In this document: piece by piece, positions 55,295 through 59,890 of the stretch
Layout of the letters: every line of letters begins with the position of its first letter
How positions within the stretch are numbered: the stretch's first letter is position 1
DNA from: Thermoproteus sp.
Lineage (GTDB): Archaea; Thermoproteota; Thermoprotei; Thermoproteales; Thermoproteaceae
Length of the DNA: 59,890 nucleotides
Reading direction: 5' to 3'
Assembly: GCA_049976425.1 (NCBI GenBank)
Contig: JBMFIG010000007.1
Span: forward strand, 1-59,890
Notes under the pieces: model-generated
Seen by the model: the letters and a program-made list of their open reading frames with translations, nothing else
Told to the model about the DNA's origin: nothing
Database searches by the model: none
Translations under genes and position numbers: made by a program

Positions 55295-56119
55295 CTATTT
55301 AAGCTTTGCCGCGCCTATATAGATCGTCAATATGCCGAGCAGTATAAGCGCCGACCCGACTATCTGATCTGCGGTGGGGATCGCCCCAAAGGCCAGATAG
55401 GAAAACAAATATGCGAACACCGGTACAAGCAACGACAGCTCGCCGACCTTTACCGGGCCGAGCTCGCGGACGGAGCGGAACCACAGGAGCCAGGCCACGC
55501 CTTGGGCCAACACAGCGAGTGTTATCAAGAGAAGAGTGGCCCTCACGGTAAAGGAAGCCCTCCAGGACAGCGCCGCGGCCGGTAGCAAGAACATCGCCGC
55601 TACGCCGTTCATGGTCGCGGTTGTGGCCGTCGGAGGCCTCTCCGCAAGCCACTGCCTATAGGCCACGGTGCCCAGCGCCCATATAAATCCGCCGAGCACC
55701 GGCAGTAAGTCGTAAAGGCTGGCGCCGCTTCCCATCGCCGATATGACCACGCCGAGCACTCCGAGAGCTACGCCGAGGGCCTCGCTCGCCTTAACTTGGG
55801 TCCTCAATAAGGCGGCGGAAAGGGCGATTAGGAATAGGGGCTGTGTGTACATGAGAGACGACACGAGCCCCGGGCTGTTGGACAGCATGACCGAGAGGTT
55901 TATGAGCAACACGGTGGCGCCCATGTTCAGAACGCCCGCGGCGGCCACTCGCCAATCCAGCCGCGACGGCTTCGACACAGCGGACAGCATCAGGAAGCCG
56001 ACGAGCGCTCTGAAAAACGCTATGAAGCCCGGCGAGAAGAAGGCCACCAGATACTTGGTTAGGGGATAGGCGAGCCCCCAGATGGCGGCGACGACGAGCG
56101 GATAGGCGTAGGCCCTCAT
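55295..56119 (-). CDS. EamA/DMT-family transporter
   Basis: IWG..YP, about ten TM helices with an internal duplication. Confidence 0.85.
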   Translation of the reverse strand: MRAYAYPLVVAAIWGLAYPLTKYLVAFFSPGFIAFFRALVGFLMLSAVSKPSRLDWRVAAAGVLNMGATVLLINLSVMLSNSPGLVSSLMYTQPLFLIALSAALLRTQVKASEALGVALGVLGVVISAMGSGASLYDLLPVLGGFIWALGTVAYRQWLAERPPTATTATMNGVAAMFLLPAAALSWRASFTVRATLLLITLAVLAQGVAWLLWFRSVRELGPVKVGELSLLVPVFAYLFSYLAFGAIPTADQIVGSALILLGILTIYIGAAKLK

Positions 56120-56841
56120 TTAATCGCCCTCCGTATCTCCGAGAGGAAGTCGACGGCGGCCTTCACGCCGCCTTCGGCGAGCCGCCTCATGGCGGCAGTG
56201 CCCACCACAAGCCCATCGGCCCCCGCCTCGATCAAGGCCCTCGCCTTGTCGGGGCTGTCTATCGCGAAGCCCGCAACTAGGTAGATGCCGCCTATGTGGC
56301 TTCTGGCAAGCTTGATATTCCTCTCGACGTAGACCGGTAGCTTAATGCCGGTCGCCGCGTATAGGCCCACGTATATGAATAGAGGGCTGTAGCCGGCCAG
56401 CCTCTCGGCTAGGGCGTACGGGAACTTTCCGGGGAGGAAGAACGTAGGCGCCAGCCCCTCTCTCCTCATCGCCGCCACGTAGGCGTCGAGCATATCTGGC
56501 ATATCTATCAGGAGATCGGGAAGGAGGACCGAGACGGCGCCCGCCTCGGCGGCCGCTCTGGCCACCTCGTCGAATCTCCCGGCGAAATCCTCGGCGTAGC
56601 CCATCAAGACGGTGTTCTCGGGCAACCTCAGCCCCCTCAACGCGTCGAGGCCCTTGACCTGCACGGATCTATGGCTGGACCTTATGAACGGGCCGTCGTA
56701 TTTCGGGTTGTCCGTAGGTATTCCTATCTCCACGAAGTCGGCGATGCCCTTAACGGCGTCGAGGAACCTCGCGAAGACGTCGCGGTTGGGCCAGTTCGCG
56801 GTTATGTACACGCCGAGGCCTGGCCTAGGCAACGCGGCCAT
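56116..56841 (-). CDS. trpA: Tryptophan synthase alpha
   Basis: EIGIP..NP.YDGP.I, PDL, GFAI and ADGLVVGT motifs. Confidence 0.9.
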   Translation of the reverse strand: MAALPRPGLGVYITANWPNRDVFARFLDAVKGIADFVEIGIPTDNPKYDGPFIRSSHRSVQVKGLDALRGLRLPENTVLMGYAEDFAGRFDEVARAAAEAGAVSVLLPDLLIDMPDMLDAYVAAMRREGLAPTFFLPGKFPYALAERLAGYSPLFIYVGLYAATGIKLPVYVERNIKLARSHIGGIYLVAGFAIDSPDKARALIEAGADGLVVGTAAMRRLAEGGVKAAVDFLSEIRRAIK

Positions 56842-56876
56842 GGACGGCGATTGGGGTCTGCCTAAAAAGTTATTGC

Positions 56877-58100
56877 CTAGGTCAGCGCGAAGTTCTCCAG
56901 CTTCACGCCGTCGCCGACCGACTTATGCGGCCAGACCTTGGCGTTTATCAACACGGCGCCTGCGCCGACAGTCACGTCGTTGCCCAGGACCGAGTTTACC
57001 AGGAACGACCCCTCCCCGACTGCGCTATGCCTCCCCACTATGGACCTCTCGACCCTGGATCTCGGCCCCAACACCGATCTGTCCATGACTACAGAATCGA
57101 CGACCTCGGCCCCGTCGCCTAGAACCGTGTAGTTGTCTATGACTGCGTTCTTTAGGTAGACGCCTCTCCCTATCTTGACGTGCCTCCCTATCAGCACATT
57201 GCCCTCCACCTTTATATCGCCCGAGTTCATGCGTTCCTTCAACTCCCTCTTAAGCGCCAGCGACTCGGGGCTCGTCCCCTGGACAAAGACGCGGGGCAAG
57301 ATCTCCTCCGAGGCGAGGTCCGACGGGCCTAGGTTGCCCAACAGGTACTGGGCCGCCGCCAGGTACCGCTCCGGGCTCCCCACGTCGAACCAAAAGCCCT
57401 TGGTGACGAACCCGTAGACGGGCAGGCCTGCGCCTATGGCGGCCGGTATCACGTTAGATCCGAAGTCCATCAGCCCTTCCCTATACAGCTTGGATCCCAC
57501 CTCACCCTCGAAGAAGTTCAAGAAATCTTCCGAGAGCAGATAGAGGCCTGTATTGACTAAATTACTAGGGGCGTCCTCCCTCCGCTTGGGCTTCTCCACG
57601 AACTTCAGAATCCTCATCCTCTCGTCGACGGCCGCCACGCCGAATTCCTCGACCCTCTCCTCCTCCTTCAACGCGATAGTCATAAAAGCCCTATTGGCCT
57701 CGTGGAATTTGTAGAAGGAGTCCAGGTCTATCTCGAATAGGTTGTCGCCCTGCACGACCAGCACCGGCTCCTTCACGCCGTAGTACTCGAGAGAGATCTT
57801 CACGGCCTCGGCGTTGCCCCGGGTCTCGGCCCTCGGCATATACCTCAGGCGGACCCTCACGCCGTATTCCCTCTCAAGCCAGTAGCCCTCGCCGAAGTAG
57901 TCGTAGACGTCCTTGTAGTTGTAGTAGCCCCTGACCCCCATTATGATCTCCTCAACGCCTTGTCTAGCCAAGCCGACTATGGTGAACTCTATAAGAGGCC
58001 TGTTGAGGATGCGGACCATGGCCTTTGACGTCTCGACGGTGAGAGGCCGGAGGCGTACTGCCTCGCCGCCGATAGGAATAACGGCGACTCTGACGCCCAT
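56877..58100 (-). CDS. Sugar-1-phosphate nucleotidyltransferase (NDP-sugar synthase) with a beta-helix
   Basis: GGEAVRLRPLT...K, GD, FVEKP, NTGLY and WFDVG motifs. Confidence 0.9.
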   Translation of the reverse strand: MGVRVAVIPIGGEAVRLRPLTVETSKAMVRILNRPLIEFTIVGLARQGVEEIIMGVRGYYNYKDVYDYFGEGYWLEREYGVRVRLRYMPRAETRGNAEAVKISLEYYGVKEPVLVVQGDNLFEIDLDSFYKFHEANRAFMTIALKEEERVEEFGVAAVDERMRILKFVEKPKRREDAPSNLVNTGLYLLSEDFLNFFEGEVGSKLYREGLMDFGSNVIPAAIGAGLPVYGFVTKGFWFDVGSPERYLAAAQYLLGNLGPSDLASEEILPRVFVQGTSPESLALKRELKERMNSGDIKVEGNVLIGRHVKIGRGVYLKNAVIDNYTVLGDGAEVVDSVVMDRSVLGPRSRVERSIVGRHSAVGEGSFLVNSVLGNDVTVGAGAVLINAKVWPHKSVGDGVKLENFALT

Positions 58101-58127
58101 ACATATCAGTGCGCCTGAACATAAATA

Positions 58128-59690
58128 TTAAGCCGGCGTTATCGCCTTGAAGAAGGCCATCTGCCTCGCCTTTTCGTAACAATGTCTTAGTTGATCGTAG
58201 AGATTTTTCTCTCTGAACCTCTCGTCGACGTACCGCGATATGTAGCGCTTCAAGTCTTTTACATACTCTGGGCCCTTCGCTGAGGCGATCTCCCTAAGCC
58301 GTCCGTCCGGGATAGAGCCGGGCTTGAACGACCATATCCAGTTAGCGAGAGACTCCATGGCGGCTCCCAACGCCGCGGCGTCCTCAGGCGGCACGAGCAG
58401 TCCCACGCCGTCGCCGCCCCGGAAGTCGACGACGACCTCCGGCAACCCGCCGACTGCCGACGCTATGACCGGCGTACCCACCGCCATGGCCTCTATGGCA
58501 GATATGCCGAAGGGCTCCCAGCGGGACGGCATGACCAACGCCGTCGCCGCGTAGTTGAGCGCCATGTAGAGATCCTTGGGGATCTTGGCGAAGGACAGGA
58601 AGGCCTTCCCCGGCCTCTCGCGGACTAGGCGGCGTAGGTACTCCTCGTACCCGAAGTCGCCCACCGGTATCGCCAACACCAGGAGGCGCGCGGACGGGGC
58701 GAAGTCGAGCGCCCTCACGGCGAGATCCAGCCCTTTCTGGCTCGTGGCGCGCCCCACAGCGAGGAAGAGGGCGCCTCCTCTGTCCAGGGAGCCCTCTCCC
58801 CCCATCCTCTCCACCCGCTCTACTAAGCTCCAGGGAGAGCCGTCGGGAGCCAGCTTGCGGAAGTGGGATTCGGCCTCCTCTATCCTCCAATCGGTGGAGT
58901 TGTAGAGGACGCAAGACTTGCCTCTAAGCCAGTCGCCGTATTTCGAAAGCGCCTCGTTGAGGTACCCCCAGCTGACGCTGGAGACCACGTCGCTCTCCAC
59001 AACCGCGAAGCCCTCGGCGGAGCCGCCCACTGAGTCCCACACAGACGAGTAGAGCTCCCACCTGTGGCAACAGACCCTCCAGACCAGATGGGGCCTGTCG
59101 GGCAGACCTGCCCAATCGGCCGATGCGTAGTGCCACGGGAAGGAGTACCCCGACGATAGATGTATCGTGTAGACCAGCGGCACGGCGAGTCCCCTCCTCT
59201 CGGCGTAGTCCCTCAACGCCACGCCTGCGAGGCCGGAATGCCAGTCGTTGGCATGGATTAAATCGGGTAGCCCGTACCTCTCGGCGTAGGCCACGACGGC
59301 CCTCGCGAAGAGGGCGGCCTTCTCCTCGACGTTTTCGTAGGGGTACCATCTATCGAAGACGAGGCCCGTGGCCGTGTCCAGCCCCTTGAACATGACGACC
59401 TTAACCCCGTCGACCTCGGTCTTCTCCGCCCCGAGGCAGTAGGGGTACAGCCTCCCGTCGAGACCCCGCCTGTCGCCGCACGCGCGGAAGTCCAGAGGCG
59501 ATAGTGGGAATCCCCTGTTGGGATCCAGATGTCTCCCGTGCGACGGCATGAGGACCGTCACGTCGAGGCCCCGCCTGGCCAGAGCCACGGCGTATTGCCT
59601 CACGGCCTCGCCCAGCCCTCCGACCTTCACCAAACCCGCGTACTCGAAGGTGAGCAGGTAGACCTTGCCGACCGCCTCGGGAGCCCTCAC
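58128..59690 (-). CDS. glgA: Glycogen synthase-like glycosyltransferase
   Basis: KVGGL, HANDWH, GR...QKG and PSRWEPFG motifs. Confidence 0.85.
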   Translation of the reverse strand: MRAPEAVGKVYLLTFEYAGLVKVGGLGEAVRQYAVALARRGLDVTVLMPSHGRHLDPNRGFPLSPLDFRACGDRRGLDGRLYPYCLGAEKTEVDGVKVVMFKGLDTATGLVFDRWYPYENVEEKAALFARAVVAYAERYGLPDLIHANDWHSGLAGVALRDYAERRGLAVPLVYTIHLSSGYSFPWHYASADWAGLPDRPHLVWRVCCHRWELYSSVWDSVGGSAEGFAVVESDVVSSVSWGYLNEALSKYGDWLRGKSCVLYNSTDWRIEEAESHFRKLAPDGSPWSLVERVERMGGEGSLDRGGALFLAVGRATSQKGLDLAVRALDFAPSARLLVLAIPVGDFGYEEYLRRLVRERPGKAFLSFAKIPKDLYMALNYAATALVMPSRWEPFGISAIEAMAVGTPVIASAVGGLPEVVVDFRGGDGVGLLVPPEDAAALGAAMESLANWIWSFKPGSIPDGRLREIASAKGPEYVKDLKRYISRYVDERFREKNLYDQLRHCYEKARQMAFFKAITPA

Positions 59691-59758
59691 CCGATCTACA
59701 TCGTCCCTAATTTATCAAGATTGCGGCAAAAAACAATAAAGGATAGCCAACTACGTCC

Positions 59759-59890
59759 ATGGCCAATTTCAAGGTGCTGGGAAACGACCTACAACACCTC
59801 TACGTCGAGCTGGGGGCCGGCGAGAGGATTTACGCCGAGGGGGCCACCTCGTATGGAAGTCCGACACGGTGAGGATAACGGCCTCTACAG
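59759..59890 (+). CDS. AIM24/TIGR00266-family protein N-terminus, with an apparent one-base deletion in a G run (59839-59843); runs off the window
   Basis: MANFKVLGNDLQHLYVELGAGERIYAEG, then GHLVWKSDTVRITAST if one G is added. Confidence 0.6.

Noticed and set aside
1-59890. Many long antisense or alternate-frame ORFs in the track (for example 8289-9317, 10789-11670, 37033-38124, 42170-43027)
   Set aside because: Shadow ORFs of GC3-rich genes with no recognisable motifs.
1-59890. CRISPR array, rRNA, integrase or transposase
   Set aside because: No regularly spaced repeats, rRNA signatures or recombinase motifs seen.

Overview
GC-rich (roughly 60% by eye) chromosomal segment of a hyperthermophilic crenarchaeon of the order Thermoproteales, most likely Thermoproteus. 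This is inferred from a CC1 chromatin protein gene, three tRNA genes with non-canonical introns, TrpB2, scattered ribosomal protein genes and many apparently leaderless genes with TATA boxes about 25 nt upstream. Most of the window is core metabolism: GDH C-terminus, FprA, AOR, glucan phosphorylase, GH57 amylase, glycogen synthase, SufD-like protein, Elp3, CoA-transferase III with a CitE-like lyase, a MoxR operon, a thiol-redox cluster, MDH, Lhr helicase, SecY with ribosomal proteins, UdgB, RNase HII, a KaiC-like ATPase, an ABC exporter and part of the trp pathway. Two VapBC loci and a HEPN-MNT pair are interspersed. Several features are missing from the ORF track and were read from the sequence: three intron-containing tRNAs, a divergent pair of C/D box sRNAs plus a third C/D-like RNA, five microproteins (including CC1), an acyl-CoA synthetase remnant and two homopolymer frameshifts. 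The most interesting leads are a Trm9-like methyltransferase overlapping Elp3 (a candidate mcm5U34 operon), the back-to-back C/D sRNAs, a catalytically degenerate HEPN-MNT fusion next to tRNA-Tyr, patches of T-ending codons in gdh, and a basic microprotein divergent from CC1. No CRISPR array, rRNA or intact transposase was seen. No single finding can be shown to be a new system from the sequence alone.
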